A stretch of 64,000 bases of DNA. It comes from the human T2T-CHM13v2.0 reference genome, Homo sapiens. The stretch is from NCBI RefSeq assembly GCF_009914755.1, contig NC_060927.1; one strand, given 5' to 3'. A program made the translations under genes and the position numbers. Shown here piece after piece: positions 29,346-43,781 of the stretch. The notes under the pieces were generated by a model that was not told the DNA's origin, searched no databases, and worked only from the letters and a program-made list of their open reading frames with translations. Each line of letters starts with the position of its first letter. The stretch's first letter is position 1.

Positions 29346-30096
29346 TCTATATACAAAATTAACATGATGAAGTAAGTCTAACTATATCAGTGATAATAAT
29401 AAATGTAAAACAGCTAAATTTGCCTATTAAATATAAAAGTATAAAGTTATCTTTTAAAAGACTTTCTGAATGGACTTTTAAAAAGTAGCAACAAAATATG
29501 CTATTTACAAAAAAAGAAATAATAATAAAAATATTTATAAAAGTATAGAAAGGGGAAAAAATACAAAACAACCTCTAACCAAAGGATGCTTAGTTTATCT
29601 ACATTAATAATAGGCAAAAGACATTAAGGCAAAATGTATTATTAAGAATTAAGAGGGTTATTAAATGTTGAAAATTGGAACAATTTATCAAGAATGTAGT
29701 TAAGGCTAGCAAATTGTGTTTTCAAAATGATAGCAAAAATTTATAAATCAAAAGATTTATTTGGAAAATATAAAAAGAACTTACTAAATAATAATATTCT
29801 CTTGTTCGTATTTATATACTAGAAAATATTAACAGCATAGTTTTTCTCTAGCTTTATAAATTTCTTTTGCTGATGCTCATGCTGAAAACTAACAAATTAA
29901 GCTTGCTTGGAGCTCCAGAGATAAACATTTTAGCCAGAATTTCAAATGTGCTTTAGACATAGTGCTAAGGATGGCCCCTCTCAAACATCTTTTCCATAAA
30001 AACTTTCCTGATCTTTTCACTTAGGTGTGTCTCTCCCTATTTTGAACCCCTAAATCACTTTCTTTTTGCTAGTTTAGCAATCTCCTTACTTAAACT

Positions 30097-30306
30097 CAGA
30101 GGTCTCAACCAGGGATGATTATGCCCACCAGGAGACATCTGTTAGCGTCTAGAGATATTTTTGGTTGTCACAAATTGGGGGATTTTACGATAAGTGGAGG
30201 CCAGAGATGATGCTAAATATCCTACAATGCACAGGAGAGTCTCCACAACAAAGAACTATCTGGCCCAAAATGTCAACAGTGATATGGTTAAGAATGAGAA
30301 ATTCTG
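30097..30306 (+). mobile_element. MER20 (hAT-Charlie)
   Basis: TTTTTGGTTGTCACAA, GAGGCCAGAGATGATGCTAAATATCCTACAATGCACAGGA, GGCCCAAAATGTCAACAGTG. Confidence 0.9.
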
Positions 30307-31004
30307 CTTTTGTGTATAATATGTTTTTTTGGAATTTTTAGCTTCTTTCCTTTTAGTTATATTATAAGCATCTTGGATTGTGTCTTACTCATCTTGGATT
30401 CCATATGTAGAATATGCAGCACTGTGTTTGCTACACAGTAAATCAGCATTTGTTTAACTGAATTTTCATTCAACAGCAATCCTTAGTGACCACTATGTCT
30501 TGTGTGCTATGTACTTTCCTTAGAATTTGTGTTAAAAAGCATAAACAGGTAGTCTTTATCCTCTTCAAATTTCTAGTGTAAGAGTGAGAGAAATGTATAA
30601 ATGGATAATTTATAGTACACTACAGTACATACTTAAACAAAAATGTGAGAATAAAATTATGCAAAAAGAAGCCAAAATAAATGGAGACTAATTTGGCTTA
30701 GAGGAGAAAGCTTTACCTAAGAAATGGCAGTGAATTAGAATTTGAAGAAAGAAAAATAATTCAAAAACTCATAGAAATGTAAAGCAGAAAATTACCTTGG
30801 GGTTCATCTACTTAAACTCCAAATTTTATAGACAATGGAAATTGAGTTCTAGATAGGTAAAGTTATTGACAGTGTCTCAGAGAGTTCCTCGCAGAGCCTA
30901 AATTGGAACTCAGGCTTCTGTCTATTTATTTCCATTATAACCCATTGCCCTTCTTCAACCTTCATTGTTCAAGGGTCTTATCAAATTATGTTACGTTTTA
31001 CCAA

Positions 31005-31043
31005 ATTCTGTTCTCCAGAGAAACAGAACCAATATTTTGTGTA

Positions 31044-31085
<42 letters not shown>

Positions 31086-31516
31086 TACGCAGAGCATTAT
31101 TATAAAGAGTTGGCTTATGTAATTGTGTAGGCCAACAATCCCAAAATCTGTCGTCAGTAAGACAGAGACGCAAGAGAGCCAATGGTGTAGATCTGTTCTA
31201 AATAGCTGCAGACTGAAGGCCCAGTAAGAGCTAATGTTTGAGTTTACATCCAGGGGCAGGTAAAGACTAACGTTCCAACTCAAGACAGTCAACAGGAGGA
31301 GTTCCCTTTTGCTCAGACTTTTGGGCTACTCATGTCTTCAATTGATTGAATGAGGTCCATCCACATCAGTGAGGGCAATCTGCTTTCCTTATTCTAGGGA
31401 TTCAAATGTTAATCTCATCCAGAAACGCTGTCATGGTCATGCTCAGAATATTGTTTGACCGAATGTCTGATCATCCTGTGATTCGATCAAGTTGACACAT
31501 AAAGTTAACTATCAGA
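31005..31516 (-). mobile_element. MLT2 (ERVL) solo LTR
   Basis: GTTCTCCAGAGAAACAGAACCAATA...GAGGGCAATCTGCTTT...CAAGTTGACACATAAAGTTAACTATCA. Confidence 0.9.
31046..31079 (+). repeat. (TG)17 microsatellite
   Basis: Perfect TG run within the MLT2 LTR. Confidence 0.97.
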
Positions 31517-31997
31517 ATCAGTGAAAAACAAACAATGAACACCCTCTTTCTACACATCACAAACTACTTTGAAAGTGTGTTTTATTTGGTCTGGAGGAAC
31601 TAAGGAGATTTCATAAAGTAAATCAAAACACACTAAAACTGTAGTGTCTACATTAATGCTAACAAAATTATTTCCTTCCAAAATGAAGAATTATATTAGA
31701 TTTGCATAAAAATAGGAGATTTTAAAATTTATCTTTCGAAACTTGCCTTGAATTGTATATTTCAGCAATTATTTTTAAACCCCAAGAGCTCTGTCTTGTA
31801 CTCATTTTACCTTTTCCATAGCATTTTGTTTTTATTTTCTTTATGAAATATTTTCTCTAATCTCTCTGAGGGCTTTGATTATTGTTTTTCTGTGAAGTTT
31901 TCTTTAGCTTTATTTTTAATTATCAGTGTTAGCTCCTCGTGTTTGACTGCCTTGATTTGGAACATTAGTCTTTACCTGCCTCTGGACGTAACTTTTG

Positions 31998-32373
31998 TGA
32001 TATGGTTTGGCTGTTTACCCATTCAAATATCATCTTGAATTGTAATCTTCATAATCCCCATGTGTCAGGGAGGGACCTGGTAGGTGGAGACTGAATCATT
32101 GGAGTGGTTTCCCCCATGCTGTTCTCATGATAGTGAGTGAGTTCTCATGAGATCTGATGGTTTTATAAGGGGCTCTTCTCCCTTCGCGTTCTCTTATCTC
32201 TCCTGCCACCTTGTGAAGAAGGTGCTTCTTTCCCCTTCACCTTCCACCACGATTGTAAGTTTCCTGAGGCCTCTCCAGCCATGCAGAACTGTGAGTCAAT
32301 TAAGCCTCTTTCCTTTATAAATTACCCAGTCTCAGGTAGTATATTTATAGCAGTGTGAAAACAGAGTAATATA
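31998..32373 (+). mobile_element. THE1D-like MaLR solo LTR
   Basis: TGATATGGTTTGGCTG...GAGATCTGATGGTTTTATAAG...AAATTACCCAGTCTCAGG...TAATATA; near-TSD TTTTG/CTTTG. Confidence 0.92.
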
Positions 32374-34971
32374 CTTTGCTTATTTATTTTGTTCTACTCC
32401 TTTATTTTAAAAGATATGAATATAATTTTGCCTTAATAACTAGATTAACTGATTCTAATATTCATATAGAAAATTATATGAGAAAGAATATTCAGGAAAC
32501 TTTGAAAAGGTAGAGAAATAAGAGATGACTAGTACTACTAAATATAAAGCTTATTATGACAATATAATAATCTAAAATATATATTAGAAAATAAAATTAA
32601 AGTGACTACCTACCCGACTTTCTATATTAAAAAAACAAATAATTTAGAGGTTAGAATATAAAAATTAAGCCACAAAAGAACCAAAAAGATTATCATTAGA
32701 GTTATACACATGCACATGCAGAAACACAGGCATCCATAAATGAAGTGAGGCTGTTTTTTCTGGGTATAAAACAAAACTCAGAAACAGGGGTGAATTTATG
32801 GCTCCAAAATGGTGGTATAGAAACAAGTTGGCTTCACTCTCTATTTTCCCCCCCCAAAAAAAAACAACAAAAAAACAAAATTACAGTACCAAGATAATCA
32901 TTAGAAATATCTCAGAACTCAAATATGAAGATGAGACAGTGGTTCCTGGGACTATGGAGAAGTGAAAAAAACTTCAAGCAGATGGCAAGAGAATTGGACT
33001 TCCATATCTGCAGCACCCCATCCCCAATTCTGCCTGAAACCAAACACGTGGAAAGTTTTCCCCCTAAATCACTGTTTCTACACAAGTAAAAGTAAGATGG
33101 AGGTGCACAACCAGCTTCCTCACCCTCTTGGGTTTCTCGGCAAAAGAGCCATTTCTGCCTTAACCCACGGGAAGCATTGCTAATAAACAAAGAAAGAAAT
33201 ATCTTTGAGAACAGGCAGAGACAAAGCAGGGAGGTGGGACCACCATCCCCAGCCCAGAGAACTCTGCTGTGTAATTGGCCAAAGGAGATATCAAATCAGA
33301 ATAGCTGTTCAGCAGCACCATACTGTCAGAGGTATATCCCACAGGCCTCCTGAGCATAAACCTTTGTCTAGCCTTCCCACACTGCTGGGGTATCTTCTTT
33401 GGAGCCTCTTTCATTTTTTCATTCAAGAAGGACAGCAGTTTTCATCATTTACAAGAGCTAAGACAAACCTGGCTTAAGGTATTACCTACAGCTGAAAAGG
33501 AGGCAGTGACCTAGTGGTAAAAAACTTAATATATGGGTTATTCTAAACAAATGTATTCAATAAAAACCAAAACAAACCAGGCAGAGGAGACTGGAATAAA
33601 TAAATAATCCTTCAATGCAAAGACATAGGCATCCATCCACAATGAACAACAAAAAACAGAGAACCATGATCTCCCTAAATGAACAAAGCAAGAAACCAGT
33701 CACTGACCCTAAAGAGATGGCAATATGTGAGTTCTCTAAGAATTCAAAATGGTAATTTTAATGAAACTCAATGATCTACAAGATAACAAATAAAAGGATA
33801 TTAGAAATTTATCAGAGAAATTTAACAAAGAGATTTAAATAATAAAAAACTGAAAATTTGAAACTAAGAAATACATTTTCTGAACTGAAAAATTAATTAG
33901 AGGCTCTCAACTGCCGAAAGAATCAAGCACAGTAAGAACCAGTGAACTCAAAAACAAGCTACTTAAAAAATGCATAGAGAAGAAAAAAGAATGAAACGCA
34001 ATGCAGATTTTTCTGGAAGATATAGAAGATCACCTCCAAAGGCCAACCCTATGAATTACTGATGTTCCAGTGGGAATTGGGCAAGAGCAAGTGGTAGAAA
34101 GATTATTTCAAAGAAATAATAACAGAAAACTTTCCAAAACTTGAGAAAGATATAAAAATCCAGGAACAGACAGCTCAAAGAACACCAAACAGATCTGACC
34201 AATGAAGATTACCCCAAGACATATAATAATCAAACTCTCAAAGGTCAAGGACAAGGAGAGAATCCTAAAACAGGAAGAGAAAAGAATCAGATAACATATA
34301 AAGGAGCTCCAATTTTTCTGGCAACAGACTTCTCAACAGAAACCATACAGGCCAGGATAGAGTTCAATAACTTTATATTTTCAAAGTGCTGAAAGAAAAA
34401 AAACTGCCATCCAAGAAAATTGTATCCAATAAGCTTATCTTTCACAGATGAATGACAGATAAACCTTTTCTTATGCAAAAGCTGAGAGAATTCACCACAA
34501 GCAGACACATATTACAAGAAATGCTAAAGGAAATTCTTCAATCTGAAATAAACAACAACAAAAATGTGAAGGTATAAAGAAAGTGTAAAACCCACTGGTA
34601 AAATTAAGTACACAGACAATCGACAATACTCTAACAATTGAAGTTGTGGTGCAAAATCTATTCATAGATCTAATGTAAAGCGCTAAAGGCAAATCTGTCA
34701 ACAATAGTAATAGACACAGCAATGTGATACAAGATGGGTAATATAAAAATCATGAATCGAGATAACTAAAAGTCAAAAGTTGTGGAGGTTACAGTTACAG
34801 TGTAGAGGGTTTTCTTTTTCTTTTTGATCGTTTATAAGCTTTGTGATCTAAGATTAGTTGTTATCTCCTTAAAATAAGTTGTAATATCCATGAAGTGTTT
34901 TTATAAGCCTCATAGTAACCATAACACAAAAATCTATAACGAATTTACTAACAATAAAAAGCAACAAAGTA

Positions 34972-36533
34972 GTCCTCCTCTCCCTCTCCCTCCTCTCCCT
35001 CTCCCTCTCCCTCTCCCCACAGTCTCCCTCTCCCTCTCTTTCCATGGTCTCCCCCTGATGCCGAGCCAAAGCTGGACTGTACTGCTGCCATCTCGGCTCA
35101 CTGCAACCTCCCTGCCTGATTCTCCTGCCTCAGCCTGCCGAGTGCCTGCGATTGCAGGCGCGCGCCGCCACGCCTGACTGGTTTTCGTATTTTTTTGGTG
35201 GAGACGGGGTTTTGCTGTGTTGGCCAGGCTAGTCTCCAGCTCCTAACCACGAGTGATCCGCCAGCCTCGGCCTCCCGAGGTGCCGGGATTGCAGACGGAG
35301 TCTGGTTCACTCAGTGCTCAATGGTGGCCAGGCTGGAGTGCAGTGGCGTGATCTCGGCTCGCTACAACCTCCACCTCCCAGCTGCCTGCCTTGGCCCCCC
35401 AAAGTGCCAAGATTGCAGCCTCTGCCTGGCCGCCACCCCGTCTGGGAAGTGAGGAGCGTCTCTGCCTGGCCGCCCATCATCTGGGATGTGAGGAGCCTCT
35501 CTGCCTGGCTGCCCAGTCTGGAAAGTGAGGAGCGTCTCTGCCCGGCCGCCCATCGTCTGAGATGTGGGGAGCGCCTCTGCCCTGCCACCCCGTCTGGGAT
35601 GTGAGGAGCGTCTCTGCCCGGCCGCCCCATCTGAGAAGTGAGGAGACCGTCTGCCTGGCAACCGTCCCGTCTGAGAAGTGAGGAGCCCCTCCACCCGGCA
35701 GCCACTCCGTCTGGGAAGTGAGGAGCGTCTCCGCCCGGCAGCCACCCTGTCTGGGAGGGAGGTGGGGGTCAGCCCCCTGCCCAGCCAGCCACCCCGTCCG
35801 GGAGGTGAGGGGCGCCTCTGCCCAGCCGCCCCTACTGGGAAGAGAGGAGCCCCTCTGCCCGGCCAGCCGCCCCGTCCGGGAGGGAGGTGGGGGGGTCAGC
35901 CCCCCGCCCGGCCAGCTGCCCCATCCGGGAGGTGAGGGGTGCCTCTGCCCGGACGCCCCTACTGGGAAGAGAGGAGCCCCTCTGCCCGGCCACCACCCCG
36001 TCTGGGAGGTGTACTCAACAGCTCATTGAGAACGGGCCATGATGACAATGGCGGTTTTGTGGAATAGAAAGCAGGGAAAGGTGGGGAAAAGATTGAGAAA
36101 TTGGATGGTTGCCATGTCTGTGTAGAAAGAGGTAGACATGGGAGACTTTTCATTTTGTTCTGTACTAAGAAAAATTCTTCTGCCTTGGGATCCTGTTGAT
36201 CTGTGACCTTACCCCCAACCCTGTGCTCTCTGAAACATGTGCTGTGTCCACTCAGGGTTGAATGGATTAAGGGTGGTGCAAGATGTGCTTTGTTAAACAG
36301 ATGCTTGAAGGCAGCATGCTCGTTAAGAGTCATCACCACTCCCTAATCTCAAGTACCCAGGGACACAAACACTGCGGAAGGCCGCAGGGTCCTTTGCCTA
36401 GGAAAACCAGAGACCTTTGTTCACTTATCTGCTGACCTTCCCTCCACTATTGTCCTGTGACCCTGCCAAATCCCCCTCTGCGAGAAACACCCAAGAATGA
36501 TCAATAAAAAAAAAAAAAAGAAAGAAAAGAAAA
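34972..36533 (+). mobile_element. SVA retrotransposon (SVA_D/C-like), full length
   Basis: CCCTCT hexamers 34975-35036, antisense Alu-like domain, GC-rich VNTR ~35415-36005, SINE-R ~36010-36500, AATAAA at 36503-36508 and A-rich tail. Confidence 0.97.
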
Positions 36534-37488
<955 letters not shown>

Positions 37489-39071
37489 GCAACAAAGTAA
37501 AACACACTACCAGGGAAAATTACTTAGCCACAAGGGAAGACAGGAAGAAAGGCAGAGTTATAAAACAAATTTTTTAAAACTAACAAAATGGCAATATAAG
37601 TCTGTACGTGTCAATAGTAATAATGGCTATACATTAACTCAATTATTCAATTAAAAGGCATAGAGTGGCTGAATGGTTAAAGAAACAAGACCCAACTACA
37701 CACTGCCTACAAGAAATGACCTTCACCTATAAAGGTACATAGAGAGTGTTAGTGAAAGGATGTCAGATGATATTCCATGTAACTGGAAACCAAAATAAAG
37801 TAGGTACAACTATATTTATACCAGATAAAATAGTCTATAAATCAAAGACTGTAAAAAGAGACAAATAAGGTTACTATATAATTATAAAGGTGTTAAATCA
37901 GCAAAAGAACATAACAATTTTACATGTCTATGTGCCCAACATCATAGCTTCCAAGTACATAAAGCAAACTTTAATAAATTTAAAGGGTAAGATATACGAC
38001 AATACAATAATCATAGAGAACTTTAACACTCTACTCTCAATAATGGGCAGATCATCCAGACAGAAAAAAAGACTGAGAAACATTGGTGTTAAACTACACA
38101 TTAGGCCTAAGAGGCCTAACTAATATTTACAGAATATTTAATCCATATGCACATTCTTTTCATTGGCATGTGGAATGCTTTCCAGAACAGAACACAAATT
38201 AGTCCACAAAAAGTCTAAACAAATTTAAAAATTAGAAATTTTATCAAGTACATTTTTTTACCACAACGGAAGAAAAGTAGAAATCAATAACAAGAGAAAC
38301 TTTACAAATTTCACAAGCACATGGAGAGAAAAAAATAAGATTCTGAATAACTAATGGGTCAATGATGAAACTACGAACACAATTTTAAATTTTTTTGATA
38401 AAAATGAAAAGGGAAGTACAACATACCAAAATCTATGGATGCACCAAAAGCAGTGCTGAAAGAGAAGTTTATACTGAGAAATACCTAAATTGTAAAATAG
38501 AAAGCCTTCGAATAAGCAACTTAATAATGTGCTCCAAGGAACTAGAAAAGCAAGAACAAACCAAACACAAAATTAGTAGAAGAAAATAAATAATAAATAT
38601 CAGAGCAGAGATAAATTGTGACTAAAAAGAGCACAGAAGACCAACAAAACAAAAAGTTGGGTTTTTGAAAAGATAAAGAAAATTGACAAACCTTTGGCTA
38701 AACTAAGAAAAAAAAGAGACCTAAATAAATAATATCAGAAATAAAAAAGAAGACATAATTCAGACCACAGGAATACAAAGAATTATTAGAGACTATTATA
38801 AACAACTATGGACCAGCAAATTGGAAAATCTTGAAAAAATGGATAAATTCCTGGAAACATACAACTTACCAAGATCAAACAATGAAAAACCAGCAAACCT
38901 TAGTAACCCAATGATGAGTCACAAGATTGAAGCCATAATACAAATTTGCCCATTACAGAAAATCCAGGACCTTATGGATTCAATGCTAAATTATGCCAAA
39001 CATTTAAAAGAAGTAATACCAATTCTAGCCAAATTTTTCCAAAAAAAAAAAAAAAAAAAACAGAGAGAAGG

Positions 39072-39475
39072 TGATATGGTTTGGATGTTTATTGTTAAAA
39101 TGTAATTCCCATTACTGGAGGCAGGGCCTGGTAGCAAGTGCTTGAATCATGTGGATGGATCCCCCACGAATAGCTTGGCATCATCCCCATGGTGTTAAGT
39201 GAGTTGTCACCCAGTTAGTTCATGTGAGATTTGGTTGTTTAAAAGTATGTGGCACCTCCCCATCTTCTTCTTCTGCTCTTGCTATGGGATGTGCCTGCTC
39301 CCTCTTTACCTTCCACCATGACTGTCAACTTTCTAAGGCCCTCAGCAGAAACTAAGCAAATGTTGATGCAATGCATGTACCCCCTGCAGAATCATGAGCC
39401 AATTAAACACCTTTTCTTTATAAATTACCCAGTCTCAGATTTTCTTTCATAGTAATGCAAAAACTGAATAACACA
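39072..39475 (+). mobile_element. MST (MSTA/MSTB-like) MaLR solo LTR in L1 ORF2
   Basis: TGATATGGTTTGGATG...CCAATTAAACACCTTTTCTTTATAAATTACCCAGTCTCAG...AACACA; near-TSD GAAGG/GGAGG. Confidence 0.9.
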
Positions 39476-39978
39476 GGAGGGAATACTTGCAAACTCATAC
39501 TACAAGACAAGCATTATCTTGATACTAAAACCAGATAAGTACAAAACAAAAAAAAGAAAACTACAGGCCAATATCATAGAGGAGCATAAATGCAAAAATT
39601 CTCAACAAAATACTAAGAAACTGAATTCAAGAACATGTAAAAAGATATTCACCACGATCAAGTGGGATTCATCCCAGGGATACAAGGATGATTTAATATA
39701 TACAAATCAATCAATGTGATACATTATATCAACAGAATGAAGGACAAAATCCATGTGATCCTTTCAATTGATGCTGAAAAAACATTTGGTGAAATTCAAC
39801 ATTCCTTCATGATAAAAACCCTCAAAAACTGAGATAGAGGGAACATACCTAAACATAATAAAAGCCCTATATGGCAGACCCATAGCCATTATCATACTGA
39901 ATAGGGAAAACTGAAAGTCTTTCCTCTAAGATCTGGAACATGACAAAGATGTCCACTTTCACCACTGTTATCAACATA

Positions 39979-40055
39979 TTAGGCTGCTGCAACGTAACTG
40001 TGGTTTTTGCCATTAAAAAATGGCAAAAACCATAGTCACTTTTGCAGCAACCTAA
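39979..40055. mobile_element. MADE1 (Hsmar1-derived MITE) in L1 ORF2
   Basis: TTAGGCTGCTGCAAC...TTTTTGCCATT / TGGCAAAAA...TGCAGCAACCTAA; TA TSD; removing it restores L1 CAACATA-GTG. Confidence 0.93.
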
Positions 40056-42584
40056 TAGTGTTTGAAGGCCTAGCTGAAACAATCAAACAAGAGAAAAAAA
40101 TAAAGGACATCCAAACTGAAAGAAAGAAGTCAAATTATCCTTGTTTGTAGATGATATGATCTTACATTTGGAAAAGCCTAAAGACTTCCCCCACCCTCCC
40201 CCCCAGAAAAAACCTGTTACACCTGATAAATAGATTCAGTAAAGTTGCAGGATACAAAATAAACATATGAAAATTAGTAGCATTTATATACATGAACAGC
40301 AAACAATCTGCAAAAGAAATCACAAAGTAATCCCATCTACAAGAGGTATAAGGAATATAAAATACCTAGGAATCAATTTACCCAAAGAAATGAAAGATCT
40401 ATACAAGGAAAACTGTAAAATACTGATAAAAGAAACTGAAGAGAACACATTAAAAAAAGATATTCCATGCTCATGGATTGGAAAAGTTAATATCATTGAA
40501 ATGACAATACTACCCAAAGCAATTTACAGACTCAACTCAATCCACCAAAATATCAATAATGTTCTTCACAGAAATAGAAAAAATAATTCTAAATTTTATA
40601 TGAAACCACAAGGGACCCTGAAGAGCCAGAGCAATCCTGAGCAAAAAGAACAAAGCTGGAGGCGTCACACTACCTGACTCCAAAATTCACACAAAACTAC
40701 AGTAACAAAATTAGGATGATACGGGCATAAGAAAAGACAAAGACCAATGCAACAAAATGGAGATCCCAGAAATAAATCCATCCATTTACTGCCAACTAGT
40801 CTTTGACGAAGGCACCAAGAACATACAACAGGGAAAAGAGTCTCTTCAATAAATGGTGTTGGGAAAACCGAATAACTCCTTGAAGAATGAAACTGGACCT
40901 CTATCTCTTACGATATACAAAAACGCAATCAAATGGCTTAAAAACTTAAATCTAAGACCTCAAACTATGAAACTATGAGAAGAAAACATTGGAGAAATTC
41001 CCCAAGGCATTGTTCGGAGCAAAGATTTTTTGTGTGTGTAAGATCATAAAAGCACAGGCAACAAAAACAAAAATAGACAAATGGGATTACATCAAGCTAA
41101 AAAGCTTTTGCACAGCAAAGGAAACTATCAACAAAGTGAAGAGATAGCATACAGAATAGCAGAAAATATTTTCAAACTAACTACTTGACAAAAGATTAAT
41201 AACCAGAATATTTAAAGAGCTCACACAACTCCACAGCAAAAAAGACAAATCATTCCATTTAAAAATGGGCAAAAGTTCTGAATAGACATTTCTCAAAAGA
41301 AGACATACAAATGGCCAACCAATATATGAAAAAAATGCTCAACATCACTAATCATCAGAGAAATGCAAATCAAAACTACAGTGAGATATCTCATGCCAGA
41401 TAAAATGGCTTTTATCAAAAAGACAGGTAATAACAGATCTAGCAAGGATGCAGAAAAAGGGAACACTCATACACTGCTGGTGGGAATGTAAATCAGTGCA
41501 GCCACTATGGAAAACTGAATGGAGATTTCTCAAAAAACTGAAAGTAGAACTCCCATGTGATCTAGTAATTTTACTTCTGGGCATATACCCAAAAGGAAGT
41601 AAATCAATATATTAAAAAGACATTTACACTTCCATGTTCATTGCAGCACTATTCACAATAACCAAAATATGGAATCAACCTAAGTTCCCATTTGTGAATG
41701 AATGGATAAAGAAAATGTGATATATACACATAATGTAATGTGATTCATCCTTTAAAAAGAATAAAATCCTGTTATTTGTAGCAACGTGGATGGAACTGGA
41801 GGTCATTATATTAAGTGAAGTAAGCCAAGCACTAAAGGCAATTATTTCATGTTCTCACTCACATGTGAGAACTAAAATAGTGGATCTCATGAAGATAGAA
41901 GGTAGAATGGTGGTTACAAGAGGCCTGGAAGGGTAGCGGGTAGGATGAAGAGAAGGTGATTAATGGATAAAAATATACAATTTCATAGAAGAAATAAGAT
42001 CTAGCGTTAGATCAGTAGATTACCTATATTTTACAATAATCTATTGTATATTTCATAATGGCTGGAAGATAAGAATGTGAATGGTTCTAGCATTAATAAG
42101 AAAACAAGTATTTAATTTAATAGATATTCCAAGTACACTGATTGATCTTAACAACTTATGTAAATGTATTAAATTATCATGTGCCCTGAAACTATGTACA
42201 TCTATTATGCATCAATAAGAAAATTCAGAAGCCATGAAATAAAAAATTGTTGAATTCCATTCTATAATTTAAAAAAATCTTCATGGCGAAGTAATATTAA
42301 CACAGTGAAGAGGGATGATATTTGTAACATATGTGACAGACAATAGGCCTGATTTCCATTATACATAAAGTGTCTCCACAAATCAATAAGCCAAAGATAA
42401 ACAACAGAACTGAAGAAGTGTAACAATTACAAATAGAAATGGAAGAATATGTAACTTTCAAACATATAAAAATATATTCAATTACAGTCGTAATAGAAGG
42501 CAAATACATAGAGATATTATTTTCATATTTCAGAATGGCATTTTAAAAAATGATTAAAAATGAAATTTAATGTATTTTTAAAAC

Positions 42585-42795
42585 CATAGATGCTGGAGTC
42601 ACATGTGTGGGTTTGAATTCTCGTTCTGCATTTACTAATGATGTGGTACTGGGAAAAATTGTTTAACATCTCTTATTCCAGAGTTTTCTAATCCATAAGA
42701 CGGGCATAATAATAGCAAGTATCTCATAAGGTTACCATAAATATTAAACAAGATATCGTATGTAAAATGCTTAGCACATAATAAGTGCTATAGAA
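42585..42795 (+). mobile_element. MIR
   Basis: CTGGAGTC...GGGTTTGAATTC...ATAATAATAGCAAGTATCTCATAAGG...ATGTAAAATGCTTAGCACA. Confidence 0.8.
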
Positions 42796-42796
42796 G

Positions 42797-42932
42797 TAGA
42801 GTGGTCATGCATCCCCTTTGTCTTGGGATATAGTCCTTGTTTACACTTGCCTGTCTAACATAATTACTAATACTTCTACTCTTTCATCTCACCAGATGCC
42901 CTCATTTAGATGATATATTATATAGACACTTT
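42797..42932 (+). mobile_element. MER94-like (hAT-Blackjack)
   Basis: TAGAGTGGTCATGCATCCC...ATAATTACTAATA...GATGATATATTATATAGACACT. Confidence 0.7.
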
Positions 42933-43110
42933 ATAAGTAATGATGAAAGTAATTCTATGTGAGGATATTAATTGTGGCACTGCTTATAATAGGAAAGATT
43001 AGAAATAATGCCCATCAGTAAATTAATTTGTTAAATATATTATAGTCCATCCCTTCAGAGAAATACTATGCAACAATCAAAAAGAAAATTAACCCCAGCA
43101 ACTGTTAGAA

Positions 43111-43573
43111 GAGTGGTTTTCAAACTTTCTAGTTTCAGGACCCCATAAAGTATTAAAAGTCATTGAGAATCTCAAACATCTTTTGTTTTTGTGCCTTATA
43201 TCTGGTGATATTTACCACATTAGAAATTAGAATGAAAAAATACATATTTATCATACATTTTAGAATAACAATAATGAAGATATTACATGCTAAATTTATT
43301 TCTAATAAAAAACTGCACTGTATGTAAAATTAGCTTGAAGTATTTCTCTATATTTTGACTAATATAGAATATGTCTGTTTGCTTCTGTATCCAAAGTGTC
43401 ATACTATCACTTCATTCAGATTTTGGAACTTCACCATACACTCATGAGAGAATATTTTTAAAAGGGTAAATCACATTTTAGTACTATTATAAAAATAGTT
43501 TTGACCTCATGGCCCCTCTGAAAGGGTCTCTAAGACTCCCAGTGGTCTAGAGGTCACATTTTGAAAACCACTG
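43111..43573 (-). mobile_element. hAT-Charlie non-autonomous element (Charlie1/MER119-like)
   Basis: TIRs AGTGGTTTTCAAA / TTTGAAAACCACTG; degenerate 8-bp TSD TGTTAGAA / GTTTAGAA. Confidence 0.85.
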
Positions 43574-43599
43574 GTTTAGAACGTAGACCAAAAAATTTT

Positions 43600-43781
43600 T
43601 TTCTCAAGAAGGAACATTTTATTACTGATATTTCTTAGAAGTGCCTACACACAAGGATAATAAAAATCAGATTTTTAGTTAGTTTTATTCTTGTTCATGA
43701 ATTATCGACCAACAATGTACCTTCTTATTGCTTGCACCTGGGGTACACTTCTCCCATCATCCCATCCTTGGCACAACACTG
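43600..43781 (-). mobile_element. hAT-Tip100 terminal fragment (MER97-like)
   Basis: CTTATTGCTTGCACCTGGGG...CCTTGGCACAACACTG. Confidence 0.55.

Larger units (their letters stand above)
26780..29780 (+). mobile_element. Ancient L1ME-type element (5'/ORF1 and ORF2 start remnants), interrupted
   Basis: ORF1-like GGAGGATAGAACAGGAATGCCCAACATATATTTGACAAGAGTTCCAGAA; ORF2 endonuclease-like ATAAATGTAAAACAGCTAAATTTGCCTATTAAA. Confidence 0.65.

Noticed and set aside
35415-36005. Regularly spaced ~40-bp repeats resembling a CRISPR-like array
   Set aside because: This is the SVA VNTR: tandem units without unique spacers, in a eukaryotic context.
34890-36339. Cluster of 70-130 aa ORFs on both strands
   Set aside because: All lie in or overlap the GC-rich SVA domains, which are stop-poor; not genes.
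39979-40055. Near-perfect palindrome as a novel hairpin RNA
   Set aside because: Explained by MADE1 terminal inverted repeats; the same applies to MADE2 at 21274-21350.
37890-41584. ORFs with endonuclease/RT-like peptide fragments
   Set aside because: Frameshifted remnants of L1MA ORF2, with many stops and nested insertions; not functional.
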